Source of the DNA: Squalus acanthias
Lineage: Eukaryota
Direction of reading: 5' to 3'
Assembly (NCBI GenBank): GCA_030390025.1
Contig: CM059432.1
Coordinates: 56,112,001-56,176,000, forward strand
DNA length: 64,000 nucleotides
The position numbers and the translations under genes were made by a program. Below, in pieces: positions 11,131 to 22,105 of the stretch; the stretch's first letter is position 1, and every line of letters starts with the position of its first letter. The notes under the pieces were generated by a model. That model saw only the letters and a program-made list of their open reading frames with translations. It made no database searches and was not told the DNA's origin.

Positions 11131-12340
11131 GGGTTGGCAGGGTGTAACTAGTAGGGTAGCACAAGAATCAGTGCTTGGGCCTCAGCTATTTACAATCTAG
11201 AGTGTACTGTGTCCAAGTTTGCTGCTGATACAAAACTAGGTAGGAAAGTAAGTTGTGAGGAGGTGCAGAGAGGCTGCAAAGGGATATAGACAGGTTAAGT
11301 GAGTGGGCAAGAACATGGCAGATGGAATATAATGTGGAGAAATGGGAAATTACCCACTTTGGTAGGAAAAATAGAAAAGCAGAATATTCTTGAAATAGTG
11401 AGAGATTGGAAAGTGTTGGTATTCAGAAGGACCTGGGTGTCCTTGTACATAATCAGAGAAACTTAACCTGCAGTTACAGCAAGCAATTAGGAAAGCAAAT
11501 GGTATGTTAGCCTTTATTACAAAGGAATTGGAGTGCAAGAGTAAAGAAGTCTTACTGCAATTATATAGGGCCTTAGTGAGACCACACCTGGAGTGCTGTG
11601 TACAGCTTTGGTGGTCTTACCTAAGGAAGGATATACTTACCGTACAGGAACTGCAACAAAGGATCACAAGACTGATTCCTGGGATGGGGGAATTGTCCTG
11701 TGAGGAGAGATTGAGTAGACGAGGCCTAAATTCCCTAGAGTTTAGAAGAATGAAAGGCGATCTCATTTAAATGTAAACATTTTCAGGAGCGAAATTAGCA
11801 AACACTTCTACACACACAGGGTGGTAGAAATTTGGAATTCTCTTCCGCGAACAGCAATTCATGCTAGATCAATTAATTTAAAATCTGAGATTGATAGCTT
11901 TTTGTTAGCCAAAGCTATTAAGGGATATGGGCCAAAGGCGGGTATATGGAGTTAGGTTGCTGATCAGCCATTATCTCATTGAATAGCGGAACAGGCTCAA
12001 AGGGCTCAATGGCCTACTCCTGTTCCTATGTTAAGAGCTTGACAGGGTAGATGCTGGGAGGATGTTTCCCTTGGCTGGGGAGTGTAGAACAAGAGTTCAC
12101 AGTCTCAGAATAAGGGGTCGGCCATTTAGGACTGAGATGAGGAGAAATGTCTTCACTCAAAGGGTTGTGAATCTTTGGAATTCTCTACCCCAGAGGGCTG
12201 TGGATGCTCAGTCATTGAGTATATTCAAGACAGAGATCAATAGATTTTTGGATACTAAGGGAACCAAGGGACATGGGGATAGTGCAGGAAGGTGGAGTTG
12301 AGTCGAATGGCCTGCTCCTGCTCATATTTCTTAAGTTCTG
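11131..12340 (+). mobile_element. CR1 3' fragment with a nested CR1 tail (~11784-12030)
   Basis: LVRPHLECCVQLW and GRPFRTEMRRN motifs; a second CR1 3' end interrupts the first. Confidence 0.88.
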
Positions 12341-14511
12341 TTGGGACAGGTTCCACTTAAACCAGGCTGGGACCAGTGTCCTGGTGAATTGAATTACTAG
12401 GGCTGCAGATGGAGCTTTAAATTAAAAAGGGGGAGGGTTCAGGTAAATCTAAAGAGAAAAATTAAGGCCATAGAGCAGTGTAGTGATTTGGGTAAAGATA
12501 AGCAGAATGTGACAGGAAGGGACAGAGAGGTTGACAGTAATAGTGCATCAGCGAATATGGTCAAATCAGGGGAAAATGGAAGAAGATAAAAGAAAGGCAC
12601 ATTATCTGAATGCACGAAACATTCGTAATGAGATAGATGAATTAATGGCAGAGATAAATGGGTTTGATCTAATCACCATTACAGAGACGTGGTTGTAAGG
12701 TGACTATGGTTGGTAACTAAATATTCTAGAGTACTTGATGTTTTGAAGAGACAAAATTGAAAAGGCGGGGTACCCCTCCTAATAAAGGATGACGTAAGGA
12801 CAGTAGTGAGGAAGGATCTTTGCTCGGAAGAGCAGGCAGTAGAATCAGTATAGGTGGAGATGAGAAGTAACGAGGGGCAGAAAACACAGGGCCTATAAAC
12901 TACTCGCACCAAACAGTAGCTTTACAGTTGGAGAGGGTATTAATCAAGAAATAAGAGGAGCTTGTAACAAAGGTAATGCAATAATCGTGGGGGACTTTAA
13001 TCTTCAAATAGACAGGACAAATCAAGTTGGCAAAAGTAGTTTGGAGGACAAGTTCATCGAATGCATTCAAGACAGTATCCTAGAACAATACGTCGTGGAA
13101 CCAACCAAAGAAGAAGCTATTTTAGATCTTGTCTTGTGTAATGAGACTGGGTTAATTAGTAATCTCAAAGTAAGGGCTCTTCTGGGGAAGAGTGATCATA
13201 ACATGATAGACTTTCACATTAAGCCGAGAGTGATGTACTTAAATCAAAAACTAGTGTCTTAAACAGAAATAAAGCCAATTACATAAGTATGAGGGGCGAG
13301 TTGGCTAAGTTAGATTGGGAAATTTAAAGGGTATGGCGATAGATAAGCAATGGCGAACATTTAAAGAAATACATTCCATTGAGAAATAAAAACTCCACAG
13401 GAAAAGTGATCCATCCATGGCTAACTTAGGAGGTTATGGATTGTATTAGATTAAAAGAGGTTTACAATGTTGCCACAGAGTAGTAAGCCTGAGGATGGGG
13501 AGAGTTTTAGAAACCAGCAAAGAATGACCAAAATATTGATAGAGAAAATAGAATGAGAGTAAACTAGCAAGAAATATAAAAACAGATTGTAATTGCTTCT
13601 ACAAGTATGTGAAAAGGACAAGAGTTGCAAAAGTAAACGTGGGTCCCTTAGAGGCCAAGACAGGAGAAATTATAATGGAGAATAAGGAACTGGCAGAAAT
13701 ATTAAACAAATATTTTGTATGGCTTCACAGTAGAAGACACACAAAACATACCAGAAATAATGGGGACCCAAGGGTCTAATGAGAGTGAGAAACTTAAAGT
13801 AATTATTAGTAAAGAAAAGGTATTGGAGAAATGAATGGGACTAAAAGCCAGCAAATCCCCAGATCCGATAGTCTCCATCCAAGGGTTCTAAAAGAGGTGG
13901 TGCAGAGGTAGTGTCTGCATTGGTTGTGATCTTCCAAAATTTTCTAGATTCTGGAATGGTCCCAGTGGATTGGAAGGTAGCAAATGTAACACCACTATTC
14001 ACAAAAGAGGGTGAGAGAAAGCAGGGAACTACACATCAGTTAGCCTAACATCAGTCGTCGGGAAAATGCTGGAATCCATTATTAAGGAAGTGGTAACAGG
14101 CCACTTAGAACATCATAGTATGATTAGGCCGAGTCAACATGGTTTTATGAACAGGAAATCATGTTTGACAAATCTATTGAGTTTTTTGATGATGTAACCA
14201 GCAGGGTAGATAAAGGGAAACCCGTGGCATTCGATAAGGTGCCACACAAAAGGCTGTTTGTTATACAAGATAAGAGCTCATGGGGTTGGGGTAATATATT
14301 AGCATGGATAGAGGATTGGTTAATGGACAGAAGAGAGAGTAGCGACAAATGGGTCATTTTCCGGTTGTCAGGCTGTAACTAGTGGGGTGCCACAAGGATG
14401 TGCTGGGCCCTCAGCTATTTACAAACCAAATTACTGACTTAGATGAAGGGACCAAGTATAATGTATCCAAGTTTGCTGACGATACAAAGCAAGCTGTGAG
14501 GAGGACACAAT

Positions 14512-15362
14512 GGGGGAAAAATTCAGTTGGTTGCGCCTCCCGTTAGCACCTTAAGAGGGCGCTAATAGGGTGCAAAGCATCTAGCGCCCAGGCGCGGCGA
14601 AGTTAGCGCCGCTCGCGAAATTAACTAGAGATTTTGTGGCGGCGCTAAACACTACCGCCACGATCTCCTGCGCCGGCAGATCATGACGTCACTCGAGTGC
14701 GCAGCGCCCCGGAGCGGATATTGAGTGGCGCCCCCTGCCTTACGCTAGCAACGACAGGTTGAGGGAGCGTTCTGCAGTCATGAAGGGAAAGGGGGAGCGC
14801 TATTTAAAGGTGACCGCTTCCTGCCTTTTATTGTTGGTGCCATTTTTGAACTACGCATTCTGAGAGGGAGAGACTTCTGGAGAGATTCAACGTTGTGTGA
14901 AGGAGTTTTGGGTACTGAGCAGCACTTTGCAGGTTCATTTTGATTTGCCATTCCTTGTATCAATTTAGCAGAGACGGTGGGGGTTGTACTCTGAGCTCTT
15001 TGCCTGGTACTCTCCATTGTTCTTTCCAGCACATTTGATGTGCAGGTCTCTCCAGGCCGAGATTCAAGGCTGCAATGAGCAGGATGTGGATGGAAAGCAA
15101 GATTAACCATCCCCTTTAAGAACTGGCCCGTGCCATTGTGTGTGTGTTCCATTGCTGACTGACATTACACGAGCTTCGCCAGCGCCTCGCTCCTCGGCCT
15201 TTGCGCCTTAAGACAGGTGTGAAGCGCCTGATATAGCGCTGCAATCACCTCCGGGGCGATAAAAGTCAAGTTTGCAGCCAGTGGCGATAATTAGCCAGGC
15301 GCTAATCTTTGCGCCCGGCCGATAATTGCGCCCCAAATGGGGCGATACTGAATTTCTCCCCC
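14512..15362. mobile_element. Non-autonomous PIF/Harbinger MITE, family A, copy 1
   Basis: 16-bp TIR GGGGGAAAAATTCAGT / ACTGAATTTCTCCCCC; 3-bp TSD AAT; splits the CR1 host cleanly; near-identical copy at 62502-63416. Confidence 0.9.
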
Positions 15363-15622
15363 AATGAGTCTGCAAAGAGATATAGACTGGCTAAATAAGT
15401 GGATAAGGTGGCTGATGGAGTATAATGTGGGGAAAGTGAGGTTATTCACTTTTGTTGGAAGAATAGAAAAACAGAATATTTTTTAAATGGTGAGAAACCA
15501 TTAAATGTTGTTCAGAGGAATTAGGGTGTCCTTGTACACAAAACACAAGGTTAACATGCAGGTACAGCAAGCACTTAGGAAGGCAAATGGTATGTTGGCC
15601 TTTATTGCAAGGGGGTTGGAAG

Positions 15623-16093
15623 TGTTGATACATGAAGTATCAGTCAGAGAGGGAGAGTTACCCTAGCCTAGCAACATCTGTTCAAGATTCAGGTAAGGCC
15701 TTGGGGCTAAAAACTTGGCAGTCCTGCCAATGTTAGTCACAAGGACACTCCATTACGTGATTACTGAAGGCTTTTTAGATGTGCATAGGTTGGAAAAAAA
15801 TGTAGATTTGTGTGCGTAAGGATTGAAGGACTCTGCAGTAGCCAGAGACTACAATATAAGGCAATGCCAGTTGTAGTTTGATAAGAAGTCTATAAGTATA
15901 AGCTTTTTCTTTGTTCAAGCACCACAAGGAGCATATGCCTATGTTCAAGCATGTTCTGTGACAATACTCCACTTGTAAATTGCTTTGTATGATGGAGAAC
16001 AATACTCTGCTTGTGGATGCTTTTAATGCGGAGGTTTAATAATAAAATGATTATAACCATAAGACTGAATTAGTTACTACTCAAGTGAACAAC
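15623..16093 (+). mobile_element. Probable solo LTR
   Basis: TGTTG...CAAC termini, GAAG on both flanks, internal TATAA-rich box (~15890) and AATAAA (~16041); interrupts CR1 ORF2. Confidence 0.55.
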
Positions 16094-17119
16094 GAAGGTT
16101 GCTTTTAATAACTGCAATTGTAGAGGGGTTTGGTCAGACCACACCTAAAGTAGTGTGTACAGTTTTGGTCTCTGTACCCAAGGAAGGATATACTTGCCTT
16201 AGAGGTGGTGCAATGAAGGTTCACTAAATTGATTCCTGGGATGAGAAGGTTGTCCTATGTGGAGAGATTGAGTAGAATGAGACTATACTCACAGGAGTTT
16301 AGAAAAATGAGAGGGGATCTCATTGAAACATACAAGATTCTTAGAGGGCTTGACAGGTTAGATTCTCAGAGGTTGTTTCCCCAGGCTGGAGAGTCTAGAA
16401 CTAAGGGGCATAGTCTCAGAATAAGGGGTCGGCTATTTAGGACTGAGATGAGGAGAAATTTCTTCACTTAGCGGGTTGTGAATCTTTGGAAATCTCTACC
16501 TCAGTGGGCTGTGGATGCTCAGTCGTTGAGTATATTCAAGGCTGAGACTGACATTTTCAGACTCTCAGAGAACCAGGGGATTAGGCAGGAAAATGGAGTT
16601 GAGGTTGAAGATCAGCTATGATCTTATTGAATAGCGGAGCAGGCTTGAGGGAATTACTTTTCTCCTGACAGGAATATCCTATATATACACATGGAGGTTA
16701 AATTAATGAGGTACAAAAGACTTTCTTTTTAAATCACACACTGCAATTCAGTCAAATAGAAAAGGCATCACTGTGTTGCTAAACATTTTACCAGGCTATC
16801 ATTTCAATAAAGTATCCCAGGTGTTCAAACTGGTCAAAGGTATTTCCCATACCTCAAAAAAAAGTGCTTGTTGAGGACTTCCATCTTTAAAAAAAAAACT
16901 CCTTTCAAGAAAATGAAGACTGTTACAGAACAGCAGTTGTCAACAGACAGACCGGTTCTGCTCTCCTCTTCTCATTAGTTAGATGTGCTCCACGTTCATA
17001 GAATTAGACCACTCAATACAATTCATAAAATATGCAGAAGACTGTAAACAGTGTTTCTGAAAGGCAGTGTTGTGAAAATTAAGTCATTGGAGCAGTAAGG
17101 AATCTGCATTGACACAATG

Positions 17120-17510
17120 CTGTACCACATAGTCAAGATATTCCAAAACACTTCACAACCAATGGACAACCTTTGAAATGTAGTCAGTTTATGTAAGCAA
17201 ACAGCACGATGTGCACAGCAAGTTCCCGCAAACAGCAAATGAATGGATGAACAGGTAATCTGGTTTTGGTTGAGGAAGGAATGTTGACCAAGGCATCAGG
17301 AAAAGTCCCTGGTCTTCAAATTGTGCCATGGGAACAGGTAAACAGGGCCTTGATTTAGCATCGCATCCAAATGCTCGAACCCCCAACAATACAGCACTCC
17401 CTCAGTACTACACAGAAATGTCAACCTAGATTATGTGCTCAAGTCCACAATGGGGCTTAAACCCACAACCTGCTGACTCAACAAGATAGGAACTGACCCA
17501 AGCTGACAGT
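17120..17510 (-). mobile_element. Deu-domain SINE (SacSINE1/AmnSINE1-like)
   Basis: CAGCACTCCCTCAGTACT...CCTAGATTATGTGCTCAAGTC and the TGTGCACAGCAAG core, shared with 25440-25820 and 60545-60915. Confidence 0.75.
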
Positions 17511-17904
17511 ATTGTAAATGAATGCAAAAAGAGGGGGAAATTAAAAAAAAAAGAAAAAGAGAACAGAAAAGCTAAGATAAATGCTAATGAAAGAAAAGCA
17601 AGAAGATTGTGTGGATTCTTTGTGACATGTATACAATATATGGGGATAAGTAACTATATATCGGACAATGGAAGAGGAACAAAAAGTTTCCTCAAAACAC
17701 ATAGGTCAATTATTGATAATTCTTTCATTCCCTCAAAATGCATTTCCTTCAGTAAATCTCATGTAAACATTTAATTTTCTTTTGCTTAACCTTGTTGAAA
17801 CAGACAATAGTACATTAATCACCCCAATGCAGTTATCTCAAAATCAAATATATTCTGGAATTTAATTAATGCAAATTACTCCACTGGAAGGCAGCGCCCT
17901 TGTT

Positions 17905-18467
17905 ACATAAGGAATAGGCCACTTGGCCCCTTGAGCCTGCTCCGCCATTCAATAAGATCATGGCTGATCTTGGGCTCAAAGCCACTTCCCTGCCCGCTCC
18001 CCATAACCCTTCACTCCCTTATCTTGTAAAAATCTGTCTATCTCCACCTTAAATTTAATGACCCCGCCTCCACAGCTCTCTGGGACAGAGAATTCCACAG
18101 ATTTACGACCCTCAGAGAAGAAATTCCTCCTCATCTCAGTTCTAAAACTATGCCCCCGTGTTCTAGATTTCCCCACGAGGGGAAACATCCTCTCTGCATC
18201 TACCTTGTCGAGCCCCCTCAGTATCTTATGTTTCAATAAGATCACCTCTCATTCTTCTAAATTCCAATGAGCATAGGCCCAACCTGCTCAACCTTTCTTC
18301 ATAAGTCAACCCCTTCATCTCCGGAATCAACCACGTGAATCGTCTCTGAACTGCCTCCAATGCAAGTATATCCTTCCTTAAATAAGACCAAAACTGTACG
18401 CAGTGCTCAAGGTGTGGTCTCACCAATACCCTGTACAGTTGTAGCAGGACTTCCCTGCTTTTATACT
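17905..18467 (-). mobile_element. CR1 3' fragment
   Basis: VRPHLEHCVQFWS and ERMFPLVGKSRTRGHS; same subfamily as 44938-47960. Confidence 0.9.
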
Positions 18468-18802
18468 TCAGTCAGAAGATTTACAGGAAAATTTAGTAGG
18501 CAGCATAGTAGTGACTGGTACTTCTTGATCTTGAGAGCTGATCATCTCAAATTGAGATAGCCCATCCCCTACAATGCAGTTTACTATATGGAAAGCAAGC
18601 ACTGTGCTGAAAAGATTCAAGAGGTAGGCAGATTGGCTCTGTACAGAAAGGACTTCCAACGAAGGAAGTGAATGGACAGGGAGCTCAGAGAATGGATGAA
18701 GGGCAAAATAAAACTGTTGATCGTACTTGCAGAACCACATAGTCTATAATTTTCATTAAAATGCTTTAAATTAAATATACAGCATATTTTTGATAAGAAT
18801 TG

Positions 18803-18808
18803 TTTATT
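18803..18808 (-). promoter_or_regulatory. Candidate THOC1 polyadenylation signal
   Basis: TTTATT on + (AATAAA on -) ~990 nt after the THOC1 stop. Confidence 0.45.
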
Positions 18809-19795
18809 GAACGGTCACATATAATTCAGAAACGAGTTGAAATTGTGGCGGCGTGCTGACACAGCATGGTGAGTCAGGTTTCACATCTGCAACCCCCAGA
18901 TACTGGAATTCTTCATCTCAGTTGTTGTCATGGGAAACTCTGAAGCAGACATGTCCATATCATCACAGGAATGGAGGGAAAAATCAAAAGGAAAGTTGTT
19001 CTGCCAGTCTACTCTTGTGCACCTCTTAGTGGATTGTTTCAGAGTGGAACTGATGGAGGTTATCCATCTGCTTTAGTCAGGGATGATGTATGGCATATGG
19101 AAACTCAAAAGAGGTGGCACCAGTGTGAGAGATGCAAATGTCACTCCACAACACTGAGTGGTGGCCCATGGAAAACTGGGAGAGGGGTAAAAAGACTGAA
19201 TCAATAGAAAGGATAAAAAGCTGAATTGATTCAAAAATGATACCTTTTATCATCACAGTAAACCTCCAAGCTAGAGGTTTGACACGCTGACAAAAGAACA
19301 TTGGTTCAGAAATAAACAAAGGTTGTTCAGCCTATTTCTCCATAATCAGGAATATTGAACGGCTGGTCTTATTTGCTTATATACATGCTGTTATCTTCAA
19401 CTGAGAAGGTAGAAACCACGGATATTGACATCTGTCTACTAATCAAATTGAATACAAATGTACGCCAAAATATTGATGTTACACTAAAACATGGCAGTCA
19501 GCCACCTTGAACTTTAATGAAGCAATTCCATTTTCAAAATTAACATCTGCAACAGTGAGAATAAACACCGTGTCAAGTTTTGCTCGTCAACTTAAAACCC
19601 GTTTAGTAACAGAGATGACTAGCAACTGCTGGCGGAAGAATAGTAAACTAACAAATCCCCATATCACAGAAACTGGGGTTTATAAAAAAGTCATCTCTTG
19701 TAAAATTAACCACTTCCTTTTACTTAAAATAGAGCAGTAAAAAAGAAAAACTACTAGTTCAATTTGTACACTTGTTTAGTTTTTCCAGTCATTGA

Positions 19796-20088
19796 CTAGC
19801 TGATACTATCAGCCTCATTTGTCAGGATTTCTGCAAGTTCAGTTAAACCAGCATCAATCAGTACAGACAAAAAATTCTCCACTGTAGCTTGCGGTCCCTC
19901 CCGATCATGCCAAGCAACCAGCAGCAGCTTAGCACGCATCTTCACATCCTCACTATCGGATTCAATTCCACGGATGTCAGACTCCTTCATTTCAAAGTGT
20001 GGTGCCAATACTTTCCACTGTTCTCCAAGCTTGTTGGCAAGTATATCTATCTGTTCACCTGTTACAAGCTTAGTCTGCACGTCAGGAC
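19796..20088 (-). CDS. THOC1: THOC1 terminal coding exon (death domain)
   Basis: Acceptor AG (CT at 20089-20090); (S)PDVQTKLVTGEQIDILANKLGEQWKVLAPHFEMKESDIRGIESDSEDVKMRAKLLLVAWHDREG...ADSIS*, matching the THOC1/p84N5 C-terminal death domain. Confidence 0.97.
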
Positions 20089-20436
20089 CTAAAAATAATA
20101 AAACAAATTAAATGTCACTTTCAGACATTCAATACCCAATTCATACCGTCAAGTTAAGCATTTATCAAGTATTGAGTAATAAGAACATAAGAAATAGGAG
20201 CAGGAGTAGGAAAAGTAGGGAACTTATAATGGGGAACAAAGAAATGTCAGACCAATTAAATACATATTTTGGTTCTGTCTTCACAAAGGAGGACACAAAT
20301 AACCTCCCAGAGATGTCGGGGAACATAGGGTCTGATGAAAGGGAGGAACTGAAAGAAATCAGTATTTGTAGGGAAATGGTGTTGGGGAAATTGAGGGGAT
20401 TGAAGGCCGATAAATCCCCAGGGCCTGATAATCTAC

Positions 20437-20539
20437 CAGTTCTGATGAAAGGTCATCGACCTGAAACGTTAACTCTCTTTCTCTCTCCACGGATGCTGCC
20501 TGGCCTGCTGAGTTTTTCCAGCGTTTTCTGTTGTTATTT
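20437..20539 (+). mobile_element. Penelope-like terminal fragment inserted in CR1
   Basis: 12-bp TSD CTGATAATCTAC at 20425-20436 and 20540-20551; homologous to 5244-5330. Confidence 0.85.
20438..20474 (+). ncRNA. Minimal type I hammerhead ribozyme motif
   Basis: AGUU-CUGAUGA-A-AGGUC(AUC)GACCU-GAAA-CG-UU-AACU: stem I, core, 5-bp stem II, palindromic ACGU. Confidence 0.75.
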
Positions 20540-22105
20540 CTGATAATCTACATCCTAGGGTACTTAAGGAAGTGGCCCTAGAAATAGTAGATGCATTGCT
20601 GATCATCTTCCAGATTCCATCGAATGTTGGAACAGTACCCATGGATTGGAGGGTAGCTAATGTTACCCCACTATTCAAAAAGGGTGGTAGAGAGAAAACG
20701 GGGAATTACAGACCGGTAAGCCTGACATCGGTAGTGGGGAAAATGCTAGAGTCCATTATAAAAGATATAATAGCTGAGCACTTGAAAAACAGTAACAGGA
20801 TCGGACAAAGTCAACATGGATTTACAAAAGGTAAATCATGCTTGACTAATCTACTGGAATTTTTTGAGGATGTAACTGGTAAAATAGATAAGGGAGAACC
20901 AGTGGATGTGGTGTATTTGGACTTCCAAAAGGCTTTTGATAAGGTCCCGCATAAGAGATTAGCGTGTAAAGTTAAGGCACACGGGATTGGGGGCAAGGTA
21001 TTGACTTGGATAGAGAACTGGTTGGCAGACAGAAAGCAAAGAGTTGCAATAAACGGGTCTTTTTCCGAGTGGCAGGCAGTGACTAGTGGGGTACCGCAGG
21101 GATCGGTCCTTGGACCCCAGCTATTCACAATATATATTAATGATCTAGACAAGGGAACTAGATGTAATATCTCCAAGTTTGCAGACGACACAAAACTGGG
21201 TGGGCGTGTATGCTGCGAGGAGGATGCCGAGAAACTCCAGGATGATTTGGACAGGTTGGGTGATTGGGCAGATGCAATATAACGTGGATAAATGCGAGGT
21301 TATCCACTTTGGTGTCAAAAACAGAAAGGCAGATTATTATCTGAATGGCAATAGATTGGGAGAAGGGGAAGTGCAACGAGACCTGGGTGTCCTTGTGCAC
21401 CAGTCGCTGAAGGTAAGCATGCAGGTGCAGCAGGCGGTTAAGAAGGCAAATGGTATGTTGGCCTTCATAGCGAGAGGGTTCGAGTACAGGAACAAGGATG
21501 TCTTGCTGCAGTTGTACAGGGCCTTGGTGAGACCACACCTTGAGTATTGTGTGCAGTTTTGGTCGCCTTATCTGAGGAAGGATGTTCTTGCCATGGAAGG
21601 AGTTCAGCGCAGATTCACAAGGCTGATACCTGGGATGGCAGGAATGACGTATGAAGAGAGATTGGGTCGATTGGGCTTATACTCGCTGGAGTTTAGAAGA
21701 ATGAGAGGGGATCTCATTGAAACTTATAAAATTCTGACAGGACAGGACAAACTAGATGCAGGAAGGATGTTCCCGATGGTCGGGGAGTCCAGAACCAGGG
21801 GTCACAGTCTAAGGATAAGGGGTAAGCCATTTAGGACAGAAATGAGGAGGAATTTCTTCACCCAGAGAGTGGTGAACCTGTGGAATTCTCTGCCACAGAA
21901 GGCAGTAGAGGCCAATTCATTAAATAGATTCAAGAAGGAGTTGGATATATTTCTTAAGGCTAAAGGGATCAAGGGATATGGGGAGAAAGCAGGGACAGGG
22001 TACTGAATTTGGATGATCAGCCATGATCGCATTGAATGGCGGAGCAGGCTAGAGGGGCCGAATGGCCTACTCCTGCTCCTATCTTCTATGATTCTATGAT
22101 TCTAT

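Larger units (their letters stand above)
12341..16650 (+). mobile_element. Long decayed CR1 (APE endonuclease to 3' end), interrupted twice
   Basis: GDFNL...ILDLVLCNE...LGKSDHNMI (APE) and AFDKVPH (RT); insertions at 14512-15362 and 15623-16093. Confidence 0.9.
20210..22105 (+). mobile_element. Young 5'-truncated CR1 LINE (RT nearly intact)
   Basis: ORFs 20572-21282 (YLDFQKAFD, GVPQGSVLGP, KFADD) and 21179-22006 separated by one frameshift; TTCTATGA tail. Confidence 0.95.

Noticed and set aside
14778..15152. 124-aa ORF repeated at 62810-63190
   Set aside because: Inside two recent copies of one MITE, so similarity reflects recent transposition; no recognisable domain
18840..19200. Possible old LINE remnant in the THOC1 3' UTR (EFQYLGV on -); similar weak L1-like hints at 28740-29260 and 39713-40230
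   Set aside because: Only single short motifs; cannot be supported without a database search
20332..20360. CTGATGA...GAAA as a third hammerhead
   Set aside because: No stem II or stem I pairing; ordinary CR1 ORF2 sequence
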